Assembly (NCBI GenBank): GCA_963823665.1
Contig: CAWGMQ010000008.1
Coordinates: forward strand, 1,920,001-1,984,000
Origin: an uncultured Planctomycetota bacterium
GTDB lineage: Bacteria > Planctomycetota > Planctomycetia > Isosphaerales > Isosphaeraceae
Direction of reading: 5' to 3'
DNA length: 64,000 nt
The notes beneath the pieces were generated by a model, which saw only the letters and a list, made by a program, of their open reading frames with translations, was not told the DNA's origin and made no database searches. Each line of letters starts with the position of its first letter. Positions within the stretch are counted from its first letter, which is position 1. The translations under genes and the position numbers were made by a program. This document shows positions 34,803 to 45,924 of the stretch, in pieces.

Positions 34803-37346
34803 ACGAGGCGGATGCGCGGCCAGGGCCGATCGATACGGTTGACATCACCGGTGACGGCGAACGTGAGCCGTTCGAACGCGTGGCTGAAGAGTTTGTCGAG
34901 CGATGGCGGCGCGGGGAATCGCCATCGGTCGACGAGTACCTGGAGCGCTATCCGGAGCTGGCGGAGAAGCTTCGCAAGCTGCTGCCTGCGGTGGCGATCA
35001 TCGAGCGTCTGGGGCGAAGTGCGCTCCCACAGGCGGAGACACCGCCGTCTCGGTCGATACCGTCGCAGCTCGGCGAATTCCGGATCGTTCGCGAGTTGGG
35101 GCGCGGGGGGATGGGCGTCGTCTACGAGGCAGTCCAGGAATCGCTCGAGCGCAACGTGGCGCTCAAGGTCATGCACCAGATGCAGATCGACGGCCGAAGA
35201 CTGGAACGCTTTCATCGCGAGGCTCTGGCCATTGCACGGCTGCATCACACGAATATCGTGCCGATCTTCGCCGTGGGCGAACACGAGGGACTGCCGTATT
35301 ACGCGATGCAGTACATTCGAGGGCGCGGGCTTGATGCCGTGATCGAAGAGTGGAAGCGCGACAAGATGCCGCTGGACGGAGAGCGGCGGCAGTTCGTGGC
35401 CCGGGTGGGAACCCAGGCTGCGGAAGCGCTTCACTATGCCCACGAACAAGGAATTCTGCACCGGGACGTGAAGCCAGCGAATTTGCTGGTCGACGAGCAT
35501 GTTTCGGTGTGGATCACGGACTTCGGTCTGGCGAAGCTCGCCGGCCAAGACGACCTCACGCGAACCGGCGACGTGATCGGCACGCTGCGGTATCTGGCGC
35601 CCGAAGCCCTGCGCGGACGCACGGGGCCGGAAAACGATATCTACAGCCTGGGACTGACGCTTTACGAGCTGATCACGCTGTGTGCTCCATTTGGCGACGT
35701 GAGCGCGAGCGAGCTGCTGCGCCAGGTGAGCGAGAGCCAGCCGACCCGACCGCGCAAGCTCGACCCGACGATCCCGCGCGACCTTGAGACCATCATACTG
35801 AAAGCGATTGCTCCGGAGCCGGAAGACCGATACGCGACCGGGCTGGAGCTGGCCGATGATCTGCGCCGATTTGTCGAGGACCGGCCGATCCGGGCGCGTC
35901 GCGCGACGGTGTTCGAGCGAGTTTCGCGTTGGAGCCGCCGTAACCGGGCGGTTGCGGCGCTTGGGGCGACGGCGGTGGCGGCGCTTTTACTGGCCGCGAT
36001 TGTGGGATGGGCGGGATATGCGAGCACCAGGCAGGCACTCAAGCGGTCCGACGCGAATGTGAAACTCTCACTGGCGGTTTTTGGCGAGCTATTTGACAGG
36101 CTCTCGCCGGAGGAGGACTTTTTCCCGCCACCGACCGGGCGCAGGGGTGCGCGGCGGAAGGGCGCTGGTCCGTTCGAACGCGGGCAGCCGCGTGGCGGGG
36201 AAGGGGGGTTTGGTCGGGCAATCGAGGCCGGGGGCGAGTCAAAGTCTCGCCGGGGCGATGGACCGGGGCGGCGGCCTACTCACGGCGAGGGTCCCGACGG
36301 ATTCGGACCGAGGGGCGGGCCGCTTGGTGCAAACCCGTTTGCGAGCGATCGACCGAAGGCGGGCGACGGCTCCGGTCCGCCGCGAGCCGCAGATGCGGAA
36401 GCGGACTCTGCTCTTTTGCTCTCGGTTCTCGATTTCTACGAACAATTTGCTCAGCAGAACGAAACCAATGCGAGTCTTCGGGCCGAAGCGGCACGAGCGT
36501 ATTTCAAAGTGGGCTCGTTGCTGGCGCGGCTGGATCGGTCTCGAGGAGTCGGAGCAGGCGATGGCACGGGCGGTCTCGAACTTTGAGGCTCTGGCTGCGA
36601 GCTTTCCGAAGGTGGCTGAGTATCGCTCGAAGATCGTTGAAATTGCGATCATGACTGACCCGTGGTCGGTCGATCCGTCTTCATTGGTGACGCTGGAGAA
36701 TCGGCTGCGACTGGGGCGCGAGCTGGTGGATCAGCTTGCCGGCGAGGTGCCGCGAAATCTTGAGTATATTCAGTCGCAGATTCACGTTTACGCGAAGCTG
36801 GGCGCCGTGCTGCAGCGGCTGGATCGGCCGGGCGATGCGGAAGCGGCTTATCGACGGGCCATCGAGTTTGCGGGGTCGTTGATGGCAAGAGCGAGCAACC
36901 CGGCGCGGGCGACGATCGACCGGGCTGATGTGCGGGAGGCGCTGGCTTCACTGGCTCTCGAGGAGGGCAATCGAGACGCGGCGCGTGGGCTGCTGGAGGG
37001 GGCTGTGGGCGATTTGCGATCGCTTGAAGGGTCGCCGCAAATTCGGCCATTGCTGGCGGAGAGGTTTGCGAGCCTCGGGGAAGGGTTCCGAAAGCTTGGC
37101 GACATCGAGCGGGCGGAAAAGGTCGCGAGCTGGGCTGGCCCGGCGGGCGCGGGGCGCCGAGAAAGCCATCGGGGGGACTTGGTGAGCGGGGGAGTGCACT
37201 CAAACCGAGGGGTGAATCTCGTTGAAAGGCGATCTCTGTGGTCAGTTGCGGAATGCACCGAACCCGATTGGCGATTCTCGTTGAAAGTGCAAAAGCGCAC
37301 AAGGAAGCTGCCGGGCGGGGCACAGAAAGCGCGCACTTTTATCTAA
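34799..37346 (+). CDS. Ser/Thr kinase with TM segment and TPR-like C-terminus (frameshift near 36540; exact 3' end uncertain)
   Basis: LGRGGMGVVY, HRDVKPAN, DFGLAK, GTLRYLAPE; GTGA overlap with the sigma gene. Confidence 0.9.
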
Positions 37347-37874
37347 AGGTGGCACTTCTACCGGCCTAATCGCCAAAACCCGAAGTGGGCCCAGAAATAT
37401 ATAGACATTCTTCGTTGCCGATTGCTGTCGGATGGCGTATACTAAACGTAAAGAGAATGTACGCGCCTCATTGTCAGAGACGTAGCCTCATTCTCTTTCT
37501 CTTTCCCACCATCTTTGCTCTGGTTCAATGAGGGGTTTTCACCCATCGACCTTCCCGTCTCGAACACGTCCGTTCTTTGGCCTACGAGGGCGCGCCGGAG
37601 CGGCCTCAGCGCTTCGGAGATCCGCGAGTGTGGCCGGATGGAAATTCGCCGCAAAATTGATCACGGATTATCATTTTTTATCACGTCCGGTGAAGCTCGT
37701 GACCGCAAGGAAATCCAACTCGCAGTTGAACTTGCGCAAGGAGTTTCGATCTCCGGGTAGGCGCGGACACTTAAAGCACCCAGGACCTCGTTTAATCGGT
37801 GGGCGCGCGCCCCGATCGCGATCTTTAATGAACGATATTCGACGATCGGAGGTCCGCTCGTGGGCGCGGGGGTC

Positions 37875-37942
37875 GTCAGGCTGAAGCCTGACCTACTTGG
37901 GGTGTGGGTGCGGGGGGATTGTCAGGCTGAAGCTTGACCTAC
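37875..37942 (-). repeat. Pair of GTAG-type REP palindromes
   Basis: GTCAGGCTGAAGC(C/T)TGACCTAC at 37875 and 37921, just after the oxidoreductase stop. Confidence 0.8.
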
Positions 37943-37944
37943 TT

Positions 37945-39285
37945 TCACGCGTGGATCGAGAAGCCCCTACGGTAGTCGCGCCTGATGAACTGGTCGGCGG
38001 ACGGGACGTTTTTGGCTTTGAGGGCGACGGGGTCCCACTCGATGGTCGTGCCGGCTTTGAGGGCGACGACACCCAGCAGGACGGTTTCGGTGAGACGGCC
38101 TGCGTAGTCGAAGTTGGACATTGCCTTCTTGGGGTCGCCGGCCTTGATGGCATTTACCCACTCGGTGAAGTGGCCCGGTGAGCGCGGGAGGGTTGGTTTG
38201 GGTTTTTCCACATCCTTGAATTTGTCTTTCGGAAGCAGGACGTGTTCGGCGCCGTAGTCGTTCTGGGAGAAGAACGAGCCCTTTTCACCGATCAAGAGCA
38301 GTCCGCTGTCGGGAACCTCGAGGCCTTGCAGGTGTTCCTTGTAGATTTTCTTGTCGTTCGGGAATTTCTCACCGCCGTCGAACCAGGTCAGGGTGAGTGG
38401 GGCGCGGCCGTTGCGCGCACCGAACCGGGTGCGGATGATCGACCAGAGCGGGTAGCTTTCGCGATCGACGATGCCGGAGGTATCGACTACTTCGATCGAC
38501 TCGGGGTCGAAGAGCTCGAGAGCCATGCAGGCTATGTTGATCGTGTGGCAGGCCATGTCGCCGAGTGCGCCTGTACCGAAATCGAGCCATCCGCGCCATT
38601 TGAACGGTTGATAACTCGCGTGGTAGGGGCGATCGGCGGCGGGGCCGAGGAATTCGTACCAGCGAACGTGGTTGGGGATTCCGTGTGTATCCTTGGGGCG
38701 GCCCATGCCTTGGGGCCAGATCGGGCGATTGGTCCAGACCAGGATTTCCTTGATCGGCCCGAGGATGCCCGAGCGGATGAGCTCGACGCCCGAGCGAAAC
38801 CCGGGCTCGACGGTGCCCTGGTTGCCCATCTGGGTGCAGAGCTTCTTTTCGGCGGCCAATGTGCGCATCAGCCGCGCTTCCTCGACCGACCAGGTGAGCG
38901 GCTTCTGGCAGAAGCAGTGTTTGCCCATGCGCATGGCCATGACACTGGCTGGAGCGTGGCTATGGTCCGGCGTGCTGACGGTGACGGCGTCGATCTTGTC
39001 TCCCAGGTCTTCGAGCATCTTGCGGTAGTCGAAGTACTTCTTCGCCTTGGGATACTTCTTCCCCATCTCGTCGAGGACTTTGCTGTCGATGTCGCAGAGG
39101 GCGACGATTTCGCCGTGAGCGCCGGCGTCGTTCGTGTCGCTGTCTCCTTTGCCGCCCACACCGATGCAAGCGAAGCGCACTTTCTCGTTCGGCGACTGCG
39201 CGGCGCTCAGTACGGGAGCACCGCCCAGGAGCAGCGAGCTGGTACCGGCCAGAGCGGATGTGCGGAAGAACTCACGACGATCCAT
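37945..39285 (-). CDS. Tat-exported Gfo/Idh/MocA oxidoreductase
   Basis: MDRREFF twin-arginine signal, IGVGGKG, STPDHSH, CQKPL, FGTGALGDMACH. Confidence 0.95.
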   Translation of the reverse strand: MDRREFFRTSALAGTSSLLLGGAPVLSAAQSPNEKVRFACIGVGGKGDSDTNDAGAHGEIVALCDIDSKVLDEMGKKYPKAKKYFDYRKMLEDLGDKIDAVTVSTPDHSHAPASVMAMRMGKHCFCQKPLTWSVEEARLMRTLAAEKKLCTQMGNQGTVEPGFRSGVELIRSGILGPIKEILVWTNRPIWPQGMGRPKDTHGIPNHVRWYEFLGPAADRPYHASYQPFKWRGWLDFGTGALGDMACHTINIACMALELFDPESIEVVDTSGIVDRESYPLWSIIRTRFGARNGRAPLTLTWFDGGEKFPNDKKIYKEHLQGLEVPDSGLLLIGEKGSFFSQNDYGAEHVLLPKDKFKDVEKPKPTLPRSPGHFTEWVNAIKAGDPKKAMSNFDYAGRLTETVLLGVVALKAGTTIEWDPVALKAKNVPSADQFIRRDYRRGFSIHA

Positions 39286-39462
39286 GGTGGAGACTCCGAG
39301 GGCGAGTGTGGTGGGTGGGCGAGTACGGGAATCCTGGGAGGGGCCGGGGCTTGGGCGCGGAGGCACCGGTTGAGAGCCACGCAGACGCCGGCGAGGTTCC
39401 AGCGGCTCTTTCAGCATGCCGTTTCGCGGCGGCGGTTGCAACCTGTTGCTGCGAAAGTTGTC

Positions 39463-42186
39463 TCAGCGTTTGTTTCCGGCGACGGCATGGAGCAAAGCGG
39501 CCATGCCTTCAAAAAGGGCGCCGAGGGTCGACGCAGACTCCTCGGGTGCCTCGATCAGGACGTTTCCGCTGGGAGCGCGGCTGACCTTGAGCTGGGAGAA
39601 GAACTGGCGGACTTCGGCCGCACTTGGCATGGCGGCGACGGCCGCGGTCGTCGCTGTCGCATCCGGCGTTGTGGGAACCGTGGAGCGGGACGCTTCGAAT
39701 GGCACCGCCTGAGCCACGGCTGCCGGCGCGGGCTCTCCGTTGGCGGCGGCACGGTCGTGGGATTCGTCGGCTGCCTCGACCAGCTCATCGAAGGGATCGG
39801 CGACGGAATCGTCGAGACCGGCATCGCTCGAATCAGGATCGTCATCGACGGATTCGTGTGTGTCAGCGGCATGCTCAGTCGCCTCGACTTCGTAGAGTTT
39901 CTGGACCTTGGCCAGGAAGCTCGCGGACTGGTCGAACTGGACCGAGTCGCTTTCGCCGTCGAAAAGGCCCTTGAAGAACGCCTGCTTGGATCCGACGAGT
40001 GCGGAGATGCGCGATTCGATGCCCTGCTCGCAGACGAGATTAAAAACGTCGATGGGGAGCTTCTGGCCGAGGCGGTAGATCCGCCCGATGCGTTGTTCGA
40101 GCACGGCGGGGTTCCAGGGGAGCTCGATGTTGATGACGCAGTTGGCGGCGTGCTGGAGGTTCAAGCCGACACCGCCTGCATCACTGGTGAAAAGGATCCG
40201 GAAGCCGGGATCATCGTGAAATTCGACGATGTTCTGCGTACGGCGGCGCTGGCCTTCGGCGCCGGTGAAGAAGCCGCTGCGGAGGCCGTTATCACCCAAG
40301 AGGTCACTCACTGCCCACTGGGCGAGGGAGAGCATCCGGCGCCACTGGCTGAAGACGACGACCTTGCGTCCCTGATCGACCACGAGCTGGCGAACGAGCT
40401 GGCGCAGCTCGGAGAGCTTGGGCGAGGAGATCCCTTGCAATGTCGTTTCATCGGGGCGGCGTTTCTGAATTGTCGGCCAGAGATCCTCGAACTGAAGCTG
40501 GGCCATCCCGTTGGAGATGATTCGCTGCGTCGCGAGATAGCCCATGAGCCTCAAGAACTCGACCTGGGTAAGCGGGCGCTTGAGCGAACGCTGGACGAGC
40601 TGGGCGATCGGTTGATTCAAGTCGTCGTGCGCGGCCTGCTGCACTTCGGTCAACTCGACGGGGACCCGGGTATCCGTTCGGGGTGGGAGCTGGTCGAGGA
40701 CATCCTGGCGGACGCGGCGAACCATGCAGCTTTTGAGGCGGTCGCGAATGGTGTCGAGGTTACGGGCGCCGATCACCTCGTGGCGGCCATCGGAGCGGAT
40801 GGAGTGCAACGAGCTCAGGCGCCATTTGGGCTCGAGGGCCATGTCGTCGACCCACTCAACGACGGAGGCCAGCTCGTCGATGCGGTTTTCCATCGGCGTG
40901 CCGGTGAGCACGAGGCGATACCGTGGGGACAGGCCCTTGACGGAAAGGGCGGTTTTGGTTGCCCAGTTCTTGATGCGTTGCGCCTCGTCGAGGACGACGA
41001 GCTCAGGGTCCCAGCGGCGGACGGTATCGAGGTCGCGGAGGAGCTGTTCGTAATTGATGATGAGGAACGTGGCGGCGCGGCTCGAGTATGCGGCCTGCCG
41101 TTCGTCGGGAGGGCCGTCGACAACCTGGATGGGAAAATCAGTGAACGAAGCCCACTCGCGAGCCCACTGAGGCTTGAGGCTAGCCGGCGCAATGATCAAC
41201 CCGCGGCGGATGCGGCCGCTGTGCCGCAGGATATGACAGCATGCGATCGCTTGCGCGGTTTTGCCGAGCCCCATATCGTCGGCGAGCAGCAATCTGCCGG
41301 TGGCGAGGAAGCGATCCACGCCCGTGCGCTGGTATGGGTAAAGTGGGCGCTTGAAGTGCTTGATGGCATCGCGAATTTCGGCGGGACGCAATGTGCTGCC
41401 CAGGCGCTCCTTGAGGGAACGACGCTCGTTCTCGAGCAGAAGGCGCAGGGCGGGATCGTGCAGCGACTCGGTGGCCGCGGCAGGAAGAACCCTGAGCAAG
41501 TCTTCGACGAGCTCGAGGCGGCGAGCGGGCTGATCGAGGAAGCTGGACTTCACGCGAGCGATACCGTCGCCATCGCACCGAAACCAGCGAGCGGCCTGGG
41601 CGGCGCGAGAAGAGCGTGCCTTGGCGATCTCGAAGTCTCCGTTCCAGTGGACGCGATCCAACCAATCGCCGACTCCGATGAGTGGACGAATCGGGTCCCA
41701 GCGGAGGCTACCTGGGGCGGGGCGGCCGTTCCATTCTTGTTCCTTGAGCGCTTGCCGCAGCAGGCGCGGACGGGAGTGGAGATGCTCGAGCACGACGAGG
41801 ACGTGCTTGCAGATGCCGAGCGAATTCTTGAGGAAATCCGGACAATTGCAGCGAGCATCGATGGGATCAAGGGCGTGCAAGGCGGTTCGATACGGCCGTG
41901 CTTCCTTGCCGGTGCGGCGGGTGAGGTAGAAACCGAAAAGGCGGCCGCCACCGGGGCGTGCCTCGACGCGGAGGCTATCGCGCCGGATCGACTCCAGACG
42001 GCGCACGATTGCGTCCATCGCATCGACGCGGGTCTGCCATTCCTGAGCGGGGACGCAGGCGAGGACGTGCCGGATGAGCAGTTCGGGCGGGATACTCCCG
42101 GTCTTGCGCCCGTGGCGGCCGAGCAGTTCCTTGTAAGCCTCGGATTGCTCGAGTGTCGTCTGAAGTTCGGCAACGGTGTCGATCAT
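39463..42186 (-). CDS. SWIM zinc finger plus SNF2-family helicase
   Basis: CNCPD..CKH, LLADDMGLGKT, DEAQRIKN, LTGTPMEN, GLNLQ, QRIGRIYRLGQ. Confidence 0.95.
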   Translation of the reverse strand: MIDTVAELQTTLEQSEAYKELLGRHGRKTGSIPPELLIRHVLACVPAQEWQTRVDAMDAIVRRLESIRRDSLRVEARPGGGRLFGFYLTRRTGKEARPYRTALHALDPIDARCNCPDFLKNSLGICKHVLVVLEHLHSRPRLLRQALKEQEWNGRPAPGSLRWDPIRPLIGVGDWLDRVHWNGDFEIAKARSSRAAQAARWFRCDGDGIARVKSSFLDQPARRLELVEDLLRVLPAAATESLHDPALRLLLENERRSLKERLGSTLRPAEIRDAIKHFKRPLYPYQRTGVDRFLATGRLLLADDMGLGKTAQAIACCHILRHSGRIRRGLIIAPASLKPQWAREWASFTDFPIQVVDGPPDERQAAYSSRAATFLIINYEQLLRDLDTVRRWDPELVVLDEAQRIKNWATKTALSVKGLSPRYRLVLTGTPMENRIDELASVVEWVDDMALEPKWRLSSLHSIRSDGRHEVIGARNLDTIRDRLKSCMVRRVRQDVLDQLPPRTDTRVPVELTEVQQAAHDDLNQPIAQLVQRSLKRPLTQVEFLRLMGYLATQRIISNGMAQLQFEDLWPTIQKRRPDETTLQGISSPKLSELRQLVRQLVVDQGRKVVVFSQWRRMLSLAQWAVSDLLGDNGLRSGFFTGAEGQRRRTQNIVEFHDDPGFRILFTSDAGGVGLNLQHAANCVINIELPWNPAVLEQRIGRIYRLGQKLPIDVFNLVCEQGIESRISALVGSKQAFFKGLFDGESDSVQFDQSASFLAKVQKLYEVEATEHAADTHESVDDDPDSSDAGLDDSVADPFDELVEAADESHDRAAANGEPAPAAVAQAVPFEASRSTVPTTPDATATTAAVAAMPSAAEVRQFFSQLKVSRAPSGNVLIEAPEESASTLGALFEGMAALLHAVAGNKR

Positions 42187-42387
42187 GGCAGCAACTCCTC
42201 CATGCTCATGGTGGGAAACGAGCTTTCCAAACGGGCACCATTATTCCGAGCCGCCTCGCGTCGTGCCAGAGCAGGCTTGTCCGATGGACAAGAGTACGGC
42301 AGTTCGTTAGGCTCCCTGATGCGGGGAACGAAGCAGCAGGCTGGTCGTCACGGGCCGCGGATGCGGCGCGTGAAGAAGCGTGATCCC

Positions 42388-43419
42388 ATGGCATTTTCCG
42401 ACGATCTTCGCCGCTACGGGCCGGGCACCAAGAATCGACTCTCGCGTGAGGCGTCGCTCGAGTACTGCGCGCGCCTGGCCGCAGTGCACTACGAGAATTT
42501 CAGCGTCGTGACCTGGCTGACTCCGCACGAACATCGGCCGGCCTTTCGAAGCATTTATGCATTCTGCCGATGGTCCGACGACCTGGGTGACGAGGTCGGA
42601 GACCGCCAGCGATCGCGCGAGCTGCTTTCATGGTGGCGGGACGAACTGCGGGCGATGTATCGGGGTCAAACCAGTCACCCGGTGATGATCGCTCTACGGG
42701 AGACGGTCGAGCGATACGGTATTCCGATCGAGCCGTTCGAGCGGCTGATCTCGGCGTTCGAGCAGGATCAGGAGGTCACTGAGTACGAGACTTTCGCGCA
42801 GTTGCTCGACTATTGCGAGCGGTCAGCCAATCCGGTGGGGCATCTTGTCCTGCACGTGGCCGGAGCGTTTATTCCCGAGAACGTGTGTCTGGCCGATCCG
42901 ATCTGCACGGGCTTGCAGCTCGCCAATTTCTGGCAGGATGTGGCTCGGGACCTGGCAATCGGCAGGATCTACCTGCCGCGCGAGGATCGGAACCGATTCG
43001 GCTGTTCGGAGGCCGACCTGCGAGCGGGAGTGTGTACGCCGGGGATTCGCCAGTTGATGGAGTTTGAGGTTGAGCGCGCGCGCGGGTTCTTTACCCAGGG
43101 GCGCTCCCTCGTTCGCCGGATGCCGCGCTCGCTGGCTGTCGACGTCGACCTTTTCGTGCGCGGGGGTCTGGCCATTCTTGATGCGATCGAGGCGCGAGGC
43201 TTCGACGTGCTGGGCGCGCGACCGAGTCTATCGCGCTCGACCAAGCTGCGTTTGATTGCGCGGGCGGCCGCGGTGCAGGGAGTGAATACAGTCGCGCAGA
43301 CGTTGCTGCGTGCCCGCCCGAGGCTGGGCAGAAGCGGCGGCGATCGTGACACGCGGGATCGCGATCTTCAATCGCGCTCGAAGATGGTGCCGCAGTCGAG
43401 CACGGAGGAATCGCGGTGA
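42388..43419 (+). CDS. hpnC: Squalene synthase HpnC
   Basis: HYENFSV, YAFCRWSDDLGDE, YCERSANPVG, LQLANFWQD; first gene of hpnCDE. Confidence 0.9.
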   Translation: MAFSDDLRRYGPGTKNRLSREASLEYCARLAAVHYENFSVVTWLTPHEHRPAFRSIYAFCRWSDDLGDEVGDRQRSRELLSWWRDELRAMYRGQTSHPVMIALRETVERYGIPIEPFERLISAFEQDQEVTEYETFAQLLDYCERSANPVGHLVLHVAGAFIPENVCLADPICTGLQLANFWQDVARDLAIGRIYLPREDRNRFGCSEADLRAGVCTPGIRQLMEFEVERARGFFTQGRSLVRRMPRSLAVDVDLFVRGGLAILDAIEARGFDVLGARPSLSRSTKLRLIARAAAVQGVNTVAQTLLRARPRLGRSGGDRDTRDRDLQSRSKMVPQSSTEESR

Positions 43420-44354
43420 GCGCAACCAAAGCACTTCAGTCGAGCTATCATTTTTGCGCGGATTTGTCGCGACGGGAAGCGCGGCATTTCTTTCATGCGT
43501 TCCTGCTGTTGCCAAGTTCTCGAAGAAGGTCGATGTGTGCGCTTTACGCGTTCTTGCGGCATACGGACGACCTGGCTGATGCGGCGGGTGCGGCTGAGTG
43601 GAAAACGGAAGCGATCAGTTCGTGGCGACTTGAGCTCGATGCGGCGCTGCAAGGGCGGGAGTGTCAATGGCCCGGACTGCCGGCCGTGGCCGACACGGTT
43701 GCCCGCCACCGGATTCCGATACATCTGCTCCATGAAGTGATCACGGGGGTGTCCATGGACATCGAACCGCGCGGATACGCGACGTTCGCGGACCTGGCGG
43801 GATACTGCTATCGGGTCGCCTCGGTCGTCGGCATTTGTTGTCTGCACATCTGGGGGTATCGTTCCGAGGGGGGACGGGCCGAGAGTCTCGCCGAGAAGTG
43901 CGGTCTTGCGCTGCAGCTCACGAACATCATTCGCGACGTGCGAGGCGACGCCTGCAACGGGCGGATCTACCTGCCGGAAGATGACCTCGAGCGTTTCGGC
44001 GTGGCGGCCGGCGAATTGACGGCCAGTGGTCCGCCGAGCGAAAGACTGCGCGCTTTACTGGCGTTTGAGGCCCAGCGCGCGTTTGGCTACTACGAGGCAG
44101 GGCGTGAGCTGGTACCGCTCATCGCGGCGGTGGGCAGACCGGTCCTTCTGGCAATCGTCGGCACGTACCGAGGCTTGCTTGATGAGATCGTGAGCCGGAA
44201 CTACAACGTCCTGGACGGTCGCATTTCCGTATCGCACTGGCGAAAGGCAACCGTGGTGCTGCGGGCGCTGGCCGCCGGCCTGGGCTCGCCGCGCGACGCG
44301 GGCCAACACACCGACAGGACAAGCGACCATTCCGCAAATCCCCCATACCACTGA
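43416..44354 (+). CDS. hpnD: Presqualene diphosphate synthase HpnD
   Basis: LYAFLRHTDDLAD, YCYRVASVVG, LQLTNIIRD, GRIYLP; lies between hpnC and hpnE. Confidence 0.85.
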   Translation: MSATKALQSSYHFCADLSRREARHFFHAFLLLPSSRRRSMCALYAFLRHTDDLADAAGAAEWKTEAISSWRLELDAALQGRECQWPGLPAVADTVARHRIPIHLLHEVITGVSMDIEPRGYATFADLAGYCYRVASVVGICCLHIWGYRSEGGRAESLAEKCGLALQLTNIIRDVRGDACNGRIYLPEDDLERFGVAAGELTASGPPSERLRALLAFEAQRAFGYYEAGRELVPLIAAVGRPVLLAIVGTYRGLLDEIVSRNYNVLDGRISVSHWRKATVVLRALAAGLGSPRDAGQHTDRTSDHSANPPYH

Positions 44355-44355
44355 G

Positions 44356-45873
44356 ATGCCGATCATTTTGAAGCCTCCTGCTCCGCATGTCGTGATTGTC
44401 GGCGGCGGACTCGCGGGCCTTGCCGTCGCCTCGTGTCTGGTGAATCGCGGCCTGCGCCTGACGCTGCTCGAGAGCCGTCCGAGGCTCGGGGGACGCGCGA
44501 GCTCTTTTCAAGATCCGGTGACCGATGAGCTTGTGGACAATTGTCAGCACGTCAGTATGGGCTGCTGCACGAACCTCGCAGACTTTTGCCGGAGGGTCGG
44601 GATCGATTCGTTGCTGCGACGCGAGCGAGAACTGGTGTTCCTGGATGGCGACGGGAGAGTCTCACGATTCCGAGCTGGTCTGCTGCCCGCTCCTTTTCAC
44701 CTTGCGGGCAGCTTTCTGCGCGCTCGCTTTCTGGGATTTCGTGAGAAACTACAGCTCGCTTGTGGCCTCGCGCTCCTGGCTTGCCGTCGCGATGAACGGG
44801 CTGGAGAGTCGTTCGAGAGCTGGCTCGTGCGGCACGGGCAAGGCCGCCGCGTCATCAAACAATTCTGGGAGCCTGTGCTGGTTTCCGCGCTCAACGAGCG
44901 GATCGGTCAGATGGATGTCGGGTACGCGCGCAAGGTCTTCCTCGACGGCTTTCTGCGAAGTCGCGATGGTTTTCAGCTCGAAATCCCGATTGTTCCACTC
45001 GGCGAGCTCTACGGAAAGCGGCTGGAGAACTGGCTGGCGAAGCAGGGCGTGACGGTTCGTCTGAAGACCGGGATCGAGAAAATCGAATGTGACGAGGAGG
45101 GCTCGGTTTGCGGAGTGTCGTTGCGGACGGGCCAAGTGCTCGAGGCGGACATGATCGTTCTCGCCGTTCCGTTCGATAAGGTCCTGCGTCTGGCTCCCCC
45201 GGCATTGCGCAAGAAGATTCCCGACCTGGAGCGTCTCGATTGTCTGCGTTCAGCGCCAATCGTGGGGGTGCATCTTTGGTTCGACAAACCGGTGTGCCCT
45301 TTCGATCACGTGGTGACTCCAGGGCGACTGATTCAGTGGGTGTTCAATCATACGGCGATTCAAGGTCGAGGCGTGCCGGCTTCCGATCAACGGCCTGAAC
45401 TCGGGGCAGGGGAGCAAGCTGTCGCGCCGGGCGCAGCAGGCCAGTATCTGCAAGTGGTGATCAGCGCGTCGCACGACCTGGTGGCGCTCGACAAGGTTGC
45501 AATCCGCGATGCGGTCGTGGCGGAACTGGCGGAGATCTGGCCGGAGGTCAGAGGGGCGAATCTACTGAGATTCTGGGTGATTGTCGAACACGGTGCCACT
45601 TTCTCGGTGAGACCAGGTGTTGATGCGTTTCGCCTCGCTCAACGAACCGGTGCCGATGGGCTGTATCTCGCCGGAGATTGGACCAGTACGCGCTGGCCCG
45701 CCACGATGGAAGGAGCGGTTCGAAGCGGATATCTGGCAGCGCAGGAGGTGCTCTCGTCACTCGATCAGCCGGCTCGGCTGATCCGACCTGGGCTCAAGCA
45801 AGGGTGGCTCGCGCGGTGGTTGTTCGGCGGGGCGGAGTCCGCATCGTCTTTGACTACCGGCAATGGGTCATGA
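44356..45873 (+). CDS. hpnE: Hydroxysqualene dehydroxylase HpnE
   Basis: GGGLAGL, LGGRASS, DNCQH, LAGDWT..WPATMEGAVRSG. Confidence 0.9.
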   Translation: MPIILKPPAPHVVIVGGGLAGLAVASCLVNRGLRLTLLESRPRLGGRASSFQDPVTDELVDNCQHVSMGCCTNLADFCRRVGIDSLLRRERELVFLDGDGRVSRFRAGLLPAPFHLAGSFLRARFLGFREKLQLACGLALLACRRDERAGESFESWLVRHGQGRRVIKQFWEPVLVSALNERIGQMDVGYARKVFLDGFLRSRDGFQLEIPIVPLGELYGKRLENWLAKQGVTVRLKTGIEKIECDEEGSVCGVSLRTGQVLEADMIVLAVPFDKVLRLAPPALRKKIPDLERLDCLRSAPIVGVHLWFDKPVCPFDHVVTPGRLIQWVFNHTAIQGRGVPASDQRPELGAGEQAVAPGAAGQYLQVVISASHDLVALDKVAIRDAVVAELAEIWPEVRGANLLRFWVIVEHGATFSVRPGVDAFRLAQRTGADGLYLAGDWTSTRWPATMEGAVRSGYLAAQEVLSSLDQPARLIRPGLKQGWLARWLFGGAESASSLTTGNGS

Positions 45874-45924
45874 ACTGGGGAGATGGCAGCCGTGACGCGG
45901 GAGTGGAGAAAGGAGGGGAAGAGC

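Noticed and set aside
38242..42387. 1725-aa ORF on the + strand
   Set aside because: The first ~1380 codons are the antisense shadow of the oxidoreductase and SNF2 genes, which share a frame in GC-rich DNA. Only the part from 42388 (hpnC) is a real gene.
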